From the NCBI GenBank assembly GCA_017513085.1, contig JAFWDK010000010.1:192001-256000 (forward strand): a DNA stretch of 64,000 nucleotides. The letters run 5' to 3'. Source of the DNA: Clostridiales bacterium. GTDB taxonomy: Bacteria; Bacillota; Clostridia; Saccharofermentanales; Saccharofermentanaceae. Both the position numbers and the translations under genes were made by a program. This document shows, one piece after another, positions 10,428 through 20,237 of the stretch; within the stretch, counting starts at the first letter, position 1; each line of letters opens with the position of its first letter. Under the pieces are notes generated by a model that was not told the DNA's origin, ran no database searches, and saw only the letters and a list, made by a program, of their open reading frames with translations.

Positions 10428-11432
10428 GTGTCTATTATTACATTGGGAATTGAATCATCTTGTGACGAGACCGCATGTGCAGTGATCGAAGACGGACGTA
10501 TCGTTCGCTCCAGTATTATTGCTTCGCAGGCAGATCTTCACAGCCAGTATGGCGGAGTCGTTCCGGAACTTGCTTCCAGAATGCATGTTGAGGCGATCGT
10601 TCCCTGTATACGCGAGGCCATGAAGCAGGCATCGATCGAGTATTCTGATATAGATGCTGTTTGTGTAACCAAAGGCCCGGGCCTGGTCGGCGCTCTCCTA
10701 GTTGGTGTTTCTGCGGCCAAAGCACTTTGTGAGGTCAAGAAAATTCCGCTTGTTGGTGTAAATCATATGGCCGGACACATAGCGGCGAATTATCTTACGG
10801 ATGTTTCGTGGGAACCTCCGTTCCTTTGTCTGGTGGTTTCCGGTGGGCATAGTGAGATCCTGCTTGTTAAGGATTATGCCGATATGGAGTATATCTGTGC
10901 AACAAGAGATGACGCTGCCGGAGAGGCTTTTGATAAGATCGCGCGTGTGATCGGTCTGGGTTATCCCGGTGGGCCGAAACTCGATAAAGCTAGCCAGACA
11001 GGGGATCCGACGGCGTTTTCTTTTCCTGCCCCCAAGATCAGCGATTCTCTGGATTTTTCTTTCAGTGGAATCAAGACGGCCGCTCTGAATACTATCAATC
11101 AGGTCCGTCTAAAGGGTGAAGATGTGGATGTCAATGATTTTGCCGCATCGTATCAGGATGCGATCTGTTCGATCCTTACGGATCGCTTGTGGAAAGCAGT
11201 CAAGAAGACAAAAATGAAGAAGATATGTCTGGCAGGTGGTGTTTCCGCCAACTCATGTCTTCGTGCCAAAATCACTGAAATGGCACGGAAAAACCATCTG
11301 GAGCTTTGTTTGCCGAAAATGGCTTACTGTACGGACAATGCTGCCATGATCGCCTCGGCAGGATATTATGATTATGTCGCCGGAATACGGGACGGCTTGG
11401 ATATGAATGCCTACCCGTCTTTAGAAATGTAG
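10428..11432 (+). CDS. tsaD: tRNA threonylcarbamoyladenosine biosynthesis protein TsaD
   Basis: LGIESSCDET, GGVVPE.ASR.H, H..GH, VSGGH, DDAAGEAFDK, DNAAMI. Confidence 0.97.
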   Translation: MSIITLGIESSCDETACAVIEDGRIVRSSIIASQADLHSQYGGVVPELASRMHVEAIVPCIREAMKQASIEYSDIDAVCVTKGPGLVGALLVGVSAAKALCEVKKIPLVGVNHMAGHIAANYLTDVSWEPPFLCLVVSGGHSEILLVKDYADMEYICATRDDAAGEAFDKIARVIGLGYPGGPKLDKASQTGDPTAFSFPAPKISDSLDFSFSGIKTAALNTINQVRLKGEDVDVNDFAASYQDAICSILTDRLWKAVKKTKMKKICLAGGVSANSCLRAKITEMARKNHLELCLPKMAYCTDNAAMIASAGYYDYVAGIRDGLDMNAYPSLEM

Positions 11433-11441
11433 GAGGAAAAT

Positions 11442-11921
11442 ATGGCCATTGCTAAAGGAATAAAACTCATAGCCGAGAATCGTAAAGCTTTTCACGACTA
11501 TATCATAGAAGAAAAATATGAAGCCGGAATCGCGCTTTCAGGAACGGAAGTTAAGTCTTTACGGGCCGGGAAAGTTAATCTGAAGGATAGTTATGTCCAG
11601 TGCAAAGAAGGGGAGATATGGCTTATTGGGGTTCATATCAGTCCTTATGACCATGGCAACCGTTATAATCTTGATCCGATGCGTACGAGAAAGCTCCTGA
11701 TGCATAAGAGTGAGATCGTTAAACTGTATTCGATCTGCAAACAGGATGGACTGACCATGGTTCCGACCAAATGCTATTTTAAGGATGGAAAAGTTAAATT
11801 CGAAATCGGTCTTGCTCGAGGAAAGAAGAACTTCGATAAGCGTGATTCTGCCGCAGAAAAGACGGCCAAAAGGGATATTGATCGGGCACTGAAAAATCAA
11901 AAAAAGAATTCTTCATTTTGA
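11442..11921 (+). CDS. smpB: SsrA-binding protein SmpB
   Basis: NRKAFHDY, EAGIAL.GTEVKSLR, RKLL.HK.EI, GKK.FDKR. Confidence 0.98.
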   Translation: MAIAKGIKLIAENRKAFHDYIIEEKYEAGIALSGTEVKSLRAGKVNLKDSYVQCKEGEIWLIGVHISPYDHGNRYNLDPMRTRKLLMHKSEIVKLYSICKQDGLTMVPTKCYFKDGKVKFEIGLARGKKNFDKRDSAAEKTAKRDIDRALKNQKKNSSF

Positions 11922-11998
11922 CGTTTCGCTAAATATTTTGAGTATATCGCATAAATGTAGTATACTTGATGTGAAATAAGCGGAGGAAGAAGTATTTC

Positions 11999-12574
11999 AT
12001 GGGTTTGGATCAGAAAAAGGCGAAAGAGGTTTTTCATCCTCTATATTTTTTGTTTTCCATAGTTATGTGGGTTCTTGTCGTGTCTTGGATGATCGTTATT
12101 TTTTCGTTGTCATCGGAGACAGGGGATGTTTCTTCCGTTCGTTCTCATGATCTTGTGCAGACGATCAACGATAGTATGAAGCTTTATCTGAATGAGGCTT
12201 TTGTCCGTAAATTCGCACATATTATCGAATTCCTTGTTTTATCGATTCTTGCATATATTGCCATGTTTGCAACCAAGCATATTCAGTCTGATGTTTCCTG
12301 GAATGATTCCAAATTCATCCAGATGAAGAGTGATAATGAAGTATATATTGCTTTTGCTTTGTGGGTCACGGCCCTTTCGGCTGTTGCAGACGAGTATCAT
12401 CAGATTTTCGTGGATGGACGTAGCGCCAGTTTCTTCGATGTATTTCTGGATCTGGCAGGCGCGGTCGTTCTGATGGTGATCATTCGGGTGGTTGTCTCCA
12501 TTCGTGTTATTATTCGAAACAAGAAAGAGATCGTCGGCCTAAGAGGTCCGGACGGATCGATGGAGGGCTTCTAA
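11999..12574 (+). CDS. VanZ family membrane protein
   Basis: WM.VIF.LSS, RKFAH..EF, DEYHQ.FV.GR.AS..DV..D motifs. Confidence 0.88.
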   Translation: MGLDQKKAKEVFHPLYFLFSIVMWVLVVSWMIVIFSLSSETGDVSSVRSHDLVQTINDSMKLYLNEAFVRKFAHIIEFLVLSILAYIAMFATKHIQSDVSWNDSKFIQMKSDNEVYIAFALWVTALSAVADEYHQIFVDGRSASFFDVFLDLAGAVVLMVIIRVVVSIRVIIRNKKEIVGLRGPDGSMEGF

Positions 12575-12931
12575 ATGGGCATTTTTGATAGACGTAAGGA
12601 GAAAGAAAAAGAGAAGAAAGAGTCTCCTGAATGGGTCCGTGCATATATGCCGTCTTATTCTTTTATGTCGGATAAGAAGGGAAATCCGTGTGGTGCTTTT
12701 TCCTTGAACGAAGGCATTTCGACTCGCTTCCCCAAGAAACCCGGCGATTTCTATGAGGAAACACCATCTTTTATCATGGTGGTGATCAGTTCCACGGACA
12801 AGAAGATCCTTGGTGAAATTGAGTATGATAAAGCTATCAAACAGCTTGAGAAGTATATGATCGACGAAACTAAGGATGAGATACTGATTCGTGAATTGAC
12901 CTATAAAGAGTTGAAAGAAATACTTGCTTGA
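12575..12931 (+). CDS. Hypothetical protein (118 aa)
   Basis: Starts immediately after the VanZ stop, has a GGAGG RBS, and is followed by a terminator. No family recognised. Confidence 0.7.
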   Translation: MGIFDRRKEKEKEKKESPEWVRAYMPSYSFMSDKKGNPCGAFSLNEGISTRFPKKPGDFYEETPSFIMVVISSTDKKILGEIEYDKAIKQLEKYMIDETKDEILIRELTYKELKEILA

Positions 12932-12948
12932 TTTTTATTTTACGCATA

Positions 12949-12984
12949 AAGAAAGGGCGTTTCCGTTCGGAAACGCCCTTTCTT
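12949..12984. terminator. Bidirectional intrinsic terminator
   Basis: Perfect 16-bp inverted repeat AAGAAAGGGCGTTTCC-GTTC-GGAAACGCCCTTTCTT between convergent genes. Confidence 0.9.
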
Positions 12985-13006
12985 GATCAGTAATAGTATC
13001 TTCCAA

Positions 13007-14236
13007 TCAGTTCATCCAGGAAGTCTTGGAACGTTCCTTGATATCAACCATGCAGAAGTAAGACTTACCGGCATTGATCTCGATCGGCTTGCCGTCCTTA
13101 TCCGTGATCTGGATCATATCCATCGGATTCGGCTTGATCCAGTTGATCTCAACGAGTTTGCCGTTCGATACGTAATAACCCTGTCCGCCAAGTTCCAGAG
13201 AGAAATCCAGACGGCCGGCACCATCATGACGATCGTGGATATTTGTATAAAGCACGAATACGTTAGTGAAGTGGAGCTGTTCATCTGTGGTATCGTCTGT
13301 TTGAGGTGTATCACGATACTGGCTCTTGTAGTAGCAATGATCTTTATCGTTATAAACAAAGTGAGCATCTTTGTTGATCTCAGAGAAGTAAACCTGAAGA
13401 TCCTTACAATCAAATGCATCTTTCATAGGAGCTGTTCCGTCCGGTACGAAATTCATTACCATTGGGATCTCTTCAGTCTTGGTATTGATGCCAAGGAAAT
13501 CGATCGCACGCTGAACCTGCTCACCGTTTGTAACTGCGCAATCCTGCAGAACACGCTTGTCTTCCTTTTTCCAGTGCAGATCACGCCAAGAGAACTTGTT
13601 ACCGTTGAGCTCGATCTTTCCGTCGGTATCTGCCAGCCAGCCAGCATCATATTCATTCATATCAATGTGGTCGATGTTGTATTCCTTGAAGTAGGCAGGG
13701 AATTTAGTCTGGTCAAAACCCCAGTGAACAAGGATCGAATTTGTTCCGTCTGCCAGATCGGCGGCAACTACACGTGCGCTACGGAAAGAACCGATAACTT
13801 CAACCTTGGAAATGTCAGGGAACAGGCACAAAAGTCTTGTCTGGCCACCCTCGGTCTCGTATTCGTAAATGATATCAGCTTTCGCTGTGCCCTTGGAAGG
13901 CGTAGCTGCCTCAAGGTTACTGATCGTACATGCAATGGATCGTTTGCCGACATTCTTTGGATCCATGTCCTGGATTCCAGTGTAAGGATCGAGAGCCAAC
14001 GGGTTCTTCGGATCGATCAATGGATTCTCTGTGACTTCTGCAATAGCCTTGGTTTCCTCGGTTGTTGCATCTGTACTCTCAGTTGTTGTGGTCGCTTCCG
14101 TTGTTGTCGTTGTTGTAGCAGCAGTAGTTGCGGATGTAGTTGTTTCCTCGCTCTTTCCGCAAGAACATAAAGAAAGAGGAGTAATGATCGTAACACCTGC
14201 AATCAAAGCTGCTAACGTTTGAATTTGCTTTTTCAT
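13007..14236 (-). CDS. DUF3048-family lipoprotein with a Thr-rich linker
   Basis: Lipobox-like LCSC, poly-Thr linker, ADIIYEYETEGG.TR, GSFRSAR motifs. Confidence 0.8.
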   Translation of the reverse strand: MKKQIQTLAALIAGVTIITPLSLCSCGKSEETTTSATTAATTTTTTEATTTTESTDATTEETKAIAEVTENPLIDPKNPLALDPYTGIQDMDPKNVGKRSIACTISNLEAATPSKGTAKADIIYEYETEGGQTRLLCLFPDISKVEVIGSFRSARVVAADLADGTNSILVHWGFDQTKFPAYFKEYNIDHIDMNEYDAGWLADTDGKIELNGNKFSWRDLHWKKEDKRVLQDCAVTNGEQVQRAIDFLGINTKTEEIPMVMNFVPDGTAPMKDAFDCKDLQVYFSEINKDAHFVYNDKDHCYYKSQYRDTPQTDDTTDEQLHFTNVFVLYTNIHDRHDGAGRLDFSLELGGQGYYVSNGKLVEINWIKPNPMDMIQITDKDGKPIEINAGKSYFCMVDIKERSKTSWMN

Positions 14237-14353
14237 TTTCTTTCTCCTTCAAATTAATATGTATATTTTAACACAAGATACCGAAATGTATTATTACATT
14301 GAAAAGTCATTGAAAATCATGTAATATTATGCAAGGTTAGAAAGGATGTTTAC

Positions 14354-15478
14354 ATGTCTTCTAGTGAATTTGACAACTATTCCAATAAAGAACAGGGGAC
14401 TTACAGACGCGAAGATAAGTCCGGCAGTTCTTTCGCAAAGAAAATTGTGAAATTCCTTTGTTATGTTTTATGTGCGGTGCTTGGTCTGGGTACCGGTGTA
14501 ATTTTATATGTTTATCGCCTGATGGGCGCGGTAGGATTTGTAAATACTCCATTTGTCAGTAAGAGACAGTATGAAACTATTGATTTTGCCAATCTTGATT
14601 CAATAGATCCGGAAAAGGCAGGCATTTCCTGGTCGGAAGGCGGGCATACCAAAGTATATGTAAATGAGAATTATCCGATTAAGAAGATTTCCCAGAAGGA
14701 TTCGAAAATTGAAAATATCCTGGTCTTTGGCGTAGATTCACGTGGCTCCAACGATGTGAATTGCCGGGCGGATGCCATTTTGGTCGTTTCTATCGACCAT
14801 CGTCACGATACATTGAAGATGATCTCGTTGATGCGTGATACCGGTGTTAAGATCGAAGGAAGATCAAGCGTGGATAAACTTACCCATTCCTATGCCTATG
14901 GCGGTGTCGGACTTTTGATCAATACGATCAACGATAATTTCGGTTTGGACATACAGAGGTTTGTCATGCTGGATTTCGGAAGTTCTTCCAATCTGATCGA
15001 TCTTGTAGGCGGTGTGGATATCCTGGTCAGTGCCAGTGAAGTAAAGTATGCCAACCACAGCATCAATGAAGAAAATATGCTTCTTGGAACGAATGTGCCC
15101 CTGCTTACGCATGAAGGTCTGCAGACACTAAACGGCGTACAGGCTACATCGTGGGCACGTATCCGTAAACTGGATTCTGATTATGTGCGTTCCAGCAGAC
15201 AGAGAACGCTGGCGATTGCGCTTATCCAGAAAGTCGGTGAGCTTGGACGTTTGGAACAGACTGCTTTACTTGAGGATTCGATAGGTATGTTCGAGACCAA
15301 TATGAATCCGCTTGATATGATGCGAATTGCGCTTTCTGCAGTCGAAGTAATGGGAAATATCGAAGAATACCGTGCACCTTGTGATGGTATGTTTACTGTT
15401 CAGCCGGATCCTTGGATCATGTTCGTGGACTGGGATCAGCAGATTTCTGATCTGCATCGTTTCATCTGGGGGGAGTAA
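14354..15478 (+). CDS. LytR-CpsA-Psr (LCP) family cell-wall phosphotransferase
   Basis: TM helix; NILVFGVD.R, RAD, SLMRD, AY.YGG, ARIR..DSD..R..RQR. Confidence 0.93.
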   Translation: MSSSEFDNYSNKEQGTYRREDKSGSSFAKKIVKFLCYVLCAVLGLGTGVILYVYRLMGAVGFVNTPFVSKRQYETIDFANLDSIDPEKAGISWSEGGHTKVYVNENYPIKKISQKDSKIENILVFGVDSRGSNDVNCRADAILVVSIDHRHDTLKMISLMRDTGVKIEGRSSVDKLTHSYAYGGVGLLINTINDNFGLDIQRFVMLDFGSSSNLIDLVGGVDILVSASEVKYANHSINEENMLLGTNVPLLTHEGLQTLNGVQATSWARIRKLDSDYVRSSRQRTLAIALIQKVGELGRLEQTALLEDSIGMFETNMNPLDMMRIALSAVEVMGNIEEYRAPCDGMFTVQPDPWIMFVDWDQQISDLHRFIWGE

Positions 15479-15481
15479 ATA

Positions 15482-17035
15482 ATGAGTAAAACTTCTTCGG
15501 CAGTTGTATGCGAGACAAATCAGATTTTGGGCGCAAATCAGGAAAATGTCTTTTTCCATAGCCTTTTCCGCACTACAGAGGAGTTTCAGAGTTCTTTTGT
15601 ACGCTCTGCCAAGTCGACTTCTCCGATTCAGATCTGTGCTTGCCTTTCGGCACAAGGGGATGATACTCAGGCAGCGTTGACTCTTCAAGGCGTGCTGAGA
15701 AAGTTTCAGGCGCTTGTTGCGCAGACGCAGTTAAAAACGGTTTTGGACTATGATGTTTTTGTTTCTATGGTTGTTTCTACTCTGAATGAATCGGTATGTC
15801 AGGATTCGATCCGGAATAATGGTGCCAAGTTACGTGTTTCCATGTCTATGGTGATCATAGAAGGCGATACACTCCGTGTTATGAATATCGGCAATACGCG
15901 GGTATGGCTGTATAGACAGGGAAAGATGATCTCTCTGACGGAGAGTCAGACTGTTGCGCATCGATATGTTCAGATGGGCGCAATCACGAAAGAACAGGAG
16001 TTTTCCCACGAGGGAAAAAATGAACTGACCCAGTTCCTGGGTCGGTTCCCGCAAGACGGGGAAGTGATCCCGGATAAGAATGTTCACCTGAAACTTCTTG
16101 ATGGTGATGAGATCATCATGCTGGGAACCGGTCTGGATCAGAATATTGAGCCCGCTAAACTTGGATCTGTTATTGCCAGACCATCTGTGCCGGAGACGAA
16201 AGCTTCTGATCTGGTCCACCTTGGTTTGGATAATGGTGTTCAGGCAGGACTTACTGCCTTGGTCATCCGTATAGAAAGTACGTTGATCCTACCAGGAGAT
16301 GCGGATTTTGACAGTTCGTCGATGACTAATAATCTTTCTGTGGCGATGGGCACCGCGGATGCGAAACCGGATCTGGATGCGACGACGCATGTTTCGGAAG
16401 ATACGGTACAGGCTCCGGTCATGCACAAGGAAGAAAAGACCAGAGATTTTTCTTTTCAGCAGGAAGAGAAAACTTCGCATAAAGACCTGTATGAAGATGA
16501 TGAGGAAGATGAAGAAGACGAGTATGAGGAGGACGATGAGGATGAAGACGATGATGAGGACATGATCATCGCCCCTTCACGCGTGAAAGAGAAGAAACCG
16601 AAGAAAAAGAGCAGTGCCTGGCGTTCTGTAATTAAAGGACTGATTATTTTCCTGATTTTTGTCGTAATCGGGTTTGCCGGAATGTATGTGGTTTTCCATG
16701 CCGGTCATTGGACGGGCAAGCTGAAATCTATAACTACGACGACAACGACATCTTCCGACGAAAGTGAGATCGTGGAAGGCCAGGTCGTCTATGCGCTTTA
16801 TGATAATTCGGCTTTATATGTGGAAGAATCCTTGGATAGTCAGGCGATCGATACGTTAGCGAAGGGTGAGGCGGTCACACTCCTGGCGATGAATGATAAT
16901 TTCGCCAAGGTGAAGAAGGAAAACGGTCTGATGGGATATGTTCCGAAAGATATGATCGCTTTTGAAGACCCGACTATAGGCATCAATGATACCAGTGAGT
17001 TTATCGACCCTACACCGATTCCGGCAGAGTCTTGA
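15482..17035 (+). CDS. PP2C-fold domain + acidic linker + TM helix + C-terminal SH3b-like domain
   Basis: PP2C-like segments (NIGNTRV, SLTESQT, ELTQFLG), poly-D/E tract, one hydrophobic helix, SH3b-like end (FAKV....GLMGYVP). Confidence 0.75.
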   Translation: MSKTSSAVVCETNQILGANQENVFFHSLFRTTEEFQSSFVRSAKSTSPIQICACLSAQGDDTQAALTLQGVLRKFQALVAQTQLKTVLDYDVFVSMVVSTLNESVCQDSIRNNGAKLRVSMSMVIIEGDTLRVMNIGNTRVWLYRQGKMISLTESQTVAHRYVQMGAITKEQEFSHEGKNELTQFLGRFPQDGEVIPDKNVHLKLLDGDEIIMLGTGLDQNIEPAKLGSVIARPSVPETKASDLVHLGLDNGVQAGLTALVIRIESTLILPGDADFDSSSMTNNLSVAMGTADAKPDLDATTHVSEDTVQAPVMHKEEKTRDFSFQQEEKTSHKDLYEDDEEDEEDEYEEDDEDEDDDEDMIIAPSRVKEKKPKKKSSAWRSVIKGLIIFLIFVVIGFAGMYVVFHAGHWTGKLKSITTTTTTSSDESEIVEGQVVYALYDNSALYVEESLDSQAIDTLAKGEAVTLLAMNDNFAKVKKENGLMGYVPKDMIAFEDPTIGINDTSEFIDPTPIPAES

Positions 17036-17041
17036 TCTTCG

Positions 17042-18190
17042 TTATTTGAGGCTGACGCTTTTCATTTCTTCGATCTGGAACTCTTCAGTAAGCGGAAGCG
17101 CAACTTCGGATTTTGTCAGAACGGATTTATAGAATCCCAGCACCATATCCACAGACAAATATCCTGAACGTGCGTCGGCAATAGGCTGTGTTCCGGTAGT
17201 TGCGGCAGTATAGAGATCGTGGTAAATGCCGTAATGCGGGTTCTTCGCTACATTGATCGTATAGGAAAGACCCTGTTTCTTAAGATACCTGCGCAAATAT
17301 TTGAAAGCCAGGTTCTTCCCCTTGGGCGTTGTGATGGAATAGGAAGGTTTTCCTTTCCGTAATGCAATTCGCACGCAGGCTTTTTCAGCGTTGATAAAGA
17401 AACTTGCTTCATGATCGTTCGGGAAAGTCGCGGTGGTTCCCTCGACCTGACACAATGCTCCGTTAGCGAAAGTGAAGATACCGAGAGCTGTATCTTCGGC
17501 TTCCATTTCCCGGAAACGGTTGGCAATCATGCCGTTGACCTTCGAAGCTTCTGTATTCATCAGGTAGCACATCAGATCCAGTGCATGAACAGTCTGGTTC
17601 ATTAAAGCACCACCATCGCTCTTCCATGTTCCACGCCAGGCAGCTTGTGTGTAGTATTCGTTTTCGTGTCCCCAACGGACGATGACGGAACCATGTCCGA
17701 CTTTGCCAAACACGCCATTTACCATATCTTCGTGTAGAAGTGATACGATCGGGAAATAGCGGTAAATATGTCCCATCGCGATCTTCAGGCCTTTGCTTTC
17801 CGCCATGTTATAAAGCTCTAAGGCTTCGGTATTGCTCATCGTCATGGGTTTTTCAAGTAGAATATTGGCTCCGGCGAGAAGACAAGCCTTGGCAACTTCG
17901 AAATGCATGCCGGATGGTACCGTTATGGCAACGATATCCGGATGAACGTCTTCCAGCATATCTTTATAGTTGATGTAACTCTTCATGGAAGAGGTCAAAG
18001 CACGCAGCCGGCTTCCTTTGATTTTGGATCCAGAAAGAAGGTTCTGCGGAGCGTCCTGGTTCGTGTCTACCAAAGCACAAAGCTCGATTTGATCCTGTAA
18101 ACGCGATATTGCTTTAATATGCTTAACGCTGACACGACCACATCCGATGATCGCGGCTTTCAGTTTTTTTGTTTGCGGCGTAGTGCTCAT
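17042..18190 (-). CDS. Gfo/Idh/MocA family NAD(P)-dependent oxidoreductase
   Basis: IIGCGRV Rossmann motif, LLEKPM, WRG.W..DGGALMNQ..H..D. Confidence 0.92.
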   Translation of the reverse strand: MSTTPQTKKLKAAIIGCGRVSVKHIKAISRLQDQIELCALVDTNQDAPQNLLSGSKIKGSRLRALTSSMKSYINYKDMLEDVHPDIVAITVPSGMHFEVAKACLLAGANILLEKPMTMSNTEALELYNMAESKGLKIAMGHIYRYFPIVSLLHEDMVNGVFGKVGHGSVIVRWGHENEYYTQAAWRGTWKSDGGALMNQTVHALDLMCYLMNTEASKVNGMIANRFREMEAEDTALGIFTFANGALCQVEGTTATFPNDHEASFFINAEKACVRIALRKGKPSYSITTPKGKNLAFKYLRRYLKKQGLSYTINVAKNPHYGIYHDLYTAATTGTQPIADARSGYLSVDMVLGFYKSVLTKSEVALPLTEEFQIEEMKSVSLK

Positions 18191-18296
18191 ATCCGTTGCC
18201 TGCTTTCCTAAAATACAACGATATTCTATCATATTGAGCCAAAGAGAAGTGTAAAATGTTACAATAATACCAAGAATTGCAATCGGAGGTTAGGCT

Positions 18297-19622
18297 ATGA
18301 ACATGCTGGAACTGATCGAGAAGAAGCGCGATGGTATGGCGCTTTCTCAAGAAGAAATCGCTTTCTTTGTGGATGGGGTTACCCGAAAGACTATTCCGGA
18401 TTATCAGATTTCCGCGTTCCTGATGGCGGTGCTTTGGCGGGGAATGACCGATGAAGAGACAAAAGAACTTACTCTTTCTATGGCCGGATCCGGTGAAATC
18501 TGTGATCTCTCCGGTATTCCCGGGACGAAAGTGGATAAGCACAGTACCGGCGGCGTAGGGGATAAGGTGACACCGATCCTGCTTCCGGTGGTCAGTTCTT
18601 TTGGCGTACCGTGCGTGAAGCTTTCCGGAAGGGGTCTTGGCTTTACAGGGGGAACGATCGATAAATTCGAGTCGATCCAAGGTTTTAATACTACCGTTGA
18701 GCCATCGCAATTCCGGGAAAAGATCGAAAAGTGCGGCATGCTTCTCGGTGGGCAGACGGAGGGTTTGGCCCCTTGTGATAAGTATCTTTATGCGCTTCGG
18801 GATGTGACGGGAACAGTGCCGTCTATTCCTTTGATTGCTTCAAGTATTATGAGTAAGAAAATAGCGGGTGGATCGGATGCGATCGTACTTGATATCACGT
18901 GCGGCAGCGGTGCTTTTATGAAGGATACGGAGTCGGCCGGAGAACTTGCCAGACAGATGCTGGCGATCGGAAAACTTGCCGGAAAACCTGTTTCTTGCGT
19001 TCTTTCTTCTATGGAACAGCCGTTGGGCAGTGCAGTCGGGAATATCCTCGAGATACAGGAGGTCATGGAGACTCTGTCCGGTCACGGCAGAGAGGATGTG
19101 GTTACTGTCGTTCTGACGATGGCTTCAGAGATGCTTAAGCACACTCCGTATGGTAAGGATCTTGATTCTGAGACGTTAAAAGAACGTTGTGCTGAGAAAT
19201 TAAAAAATGGTGAGGCGCTTGAAAAGTTCCGGGAATTGCTTCTTTCTCAGGGCGGAATGCTTGATTCTTCCGGAAACCCTGTGTATGTGGATGAGCCATT
19301 CGAGGTAATGACGGTCTGTGCGCATAAAGATGGATATGTAAAACGCTGTGATGCGCTTGCGGTTGGAGAGGCTTCCTGTCTCCTTGGGGCGGGACGCATG
19401 GAAAAGACCGATATGATCGATATGGGCGCCGGCATCAAGCTTTTTAAGAAGGTGGGCGATCCGGTGAAGCGTGGAGATCATTTGTATTCTTTATTCACAG
19501 GAACCAAAAACACCGTGGACGATGCACGGATCGACGAAGCTCTTCTGAAAATGGAGTCTGCGTATGAGTTCAGCAGCGAACCGGTAAAACCGCTTCAAGA
19601 GATCTTGGGCGTTATTTCTTAG
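18297..19622 (+). CDS. pdp: Pyrimidine-nucleoside (thymidine) phosphorylase
   Basis: VDKHSTGGVGDK, KLSGRGLG.TGGT.DK.ESI, SSIMSKK.A. Confidence 0.95.
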   Translation: MNMLELIEKKRDGMALSQEEIAFFVDGVTRKTIPDYQISAFLMAVLWRGMTDEETKELTLSMAGSGEICDLSGIPGTKVDKHSTGGVGDKVTPILLPVVSSFGVPCVKLSGRGLGFTGGTIDKFESIQGFNTTVEPSQFREKIEKCGMLLGGQTEGLAPCDKYLYALRDVTGTVPSIPLIASSIMSKKIAGGSDAIVLDITCGSGAFMKDTESAGELARQMLAIGKLAGKPVSCVLSSMEQPLGSAVGNILEIQEVMETLSGHGREDVVTVVLTMASEMLKHTPYGKDLDSETLKERCAEKLKNGEALEKFRELLLSQGGMLDSSGNPVYVDEPFEVMTVCAHKDGYVKRCDALAVGEASCLLGAGRMEKTDMIDMGAGIKLFKKVGDPVKRGDHLYSLFTGTKNTVDDARIDEALLKMESAYEFSSEPVKPLQEILGVIS

Positions 19623-19630
19623 TTGACTTG

Positions 19631-19678
19631 TTGCGTCGTAGCAGAATGATTGCTATAATGCAATGAGAACGAATGTTC
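19631..19678 (+). promoter_or_regulatory. SigA-type promoter with a Firmicutes LexA (Cheo) box upstream of ruvC
   Basis: TTGCGT (19631), 17-bp spacer, TG-n-TATAAT (19654), then GAAC-GAAT-GTTC at 19667-19678 matching GAAC-N4-GTTC. Confidence 0.8.
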
Positions 19679-19700
19679 ATTTTTGTTTAGGAGTCAGTAC

Positions 19701-20237
19701 ATGATCATTGTAGGAATCGATCCGGGTTATGCAATTACGGGATTTGGCGTGGTTTCTTATGAGAAGAACCACTTTCAGGTCCTCGATTATGGTGCGATCA
19801 CAACGAAAGCGCATACTCCGTTTGAGCAGCGTCTTCTTACGATCCATCAGCAGATGGATGTACTGATCGAGCGTTTCCATCCGGACGTGATGGCGATTGA
19901 AGAGCTGTTTTTTGCCAGAAATACGACAACGGCAATTGGAACGGCACAGGCTCGTGGTGTTGTTATCCTTGCGGCGGCCGAGGCGAATATTCCGGTTTAT
20001 GAATATACACCGATGCAGATCAAGCAGGCTGTGACCGGGTATGGACGGGCGGATAAGAATCAGGTCTCGCAGATGGTGAAGATGCTATTAAATCTGGAAA
20101 AGATGCCGAAGCCGGATGATGTTACCGACGCCTTGGCAGTTGCGATCTGTCAGGCACATACCGGAATCAACAGAGCTTTTGAAGCGGTTGGCGGCTACCA
20201 GTACGGAAGATATGGAAAAAAGGAGTTTGACTTGTAA
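19701..20237 (+). CDS. ruvC: Holliday junction resolvase RuvC
   Basis: GIDPG, AIEELFF, ARGV, EYTP.QIK.AVTGYG.A.K, DD.TDALA. ATG at 19701 follows an AGGAG RBS. Confidence 0.96.
   Translation: MIIVGIDPGYAITGFGVVSYEKNHFQVLDYGAITTKAHTPFEQRLLTIHQQMDVLIERFHPDVMAIEELFFARNTTTAIGTAQARGVVILAAAEANIPVYEYTPMQIKQAVTGYGRADKNQVSQMVKMLLNLEKMPKPDDVTDALAVAICQAHTGINRAFEAVGGYQYGRYGKKEFDL

Noticed and set aside
11921-11998. tmRNA (ssrA) expected beside smpB
   Set aside because: The gap is under 80 bp and has no tRNA-like ends.
14055-14150. Short tandem GTT repeats suggesting a repeat array
   Set aside because: They encode the Thr-rich linker of the lipoprotein. No repeat-spacer structure, and no CRISPR array was seen anywhere in the window.
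12983-14170. 395-aa plus-strand ORF
   Set aside because: Antisense to the DUF3048-like lipoprotein, which has a lipobox, RBS and family motifs.
16490-16562. GAT/GAA/GAG triplet repeat
   Set aside because: In-frame poly-Asp/Glu coding tract, covered under the PP2C-like protein.
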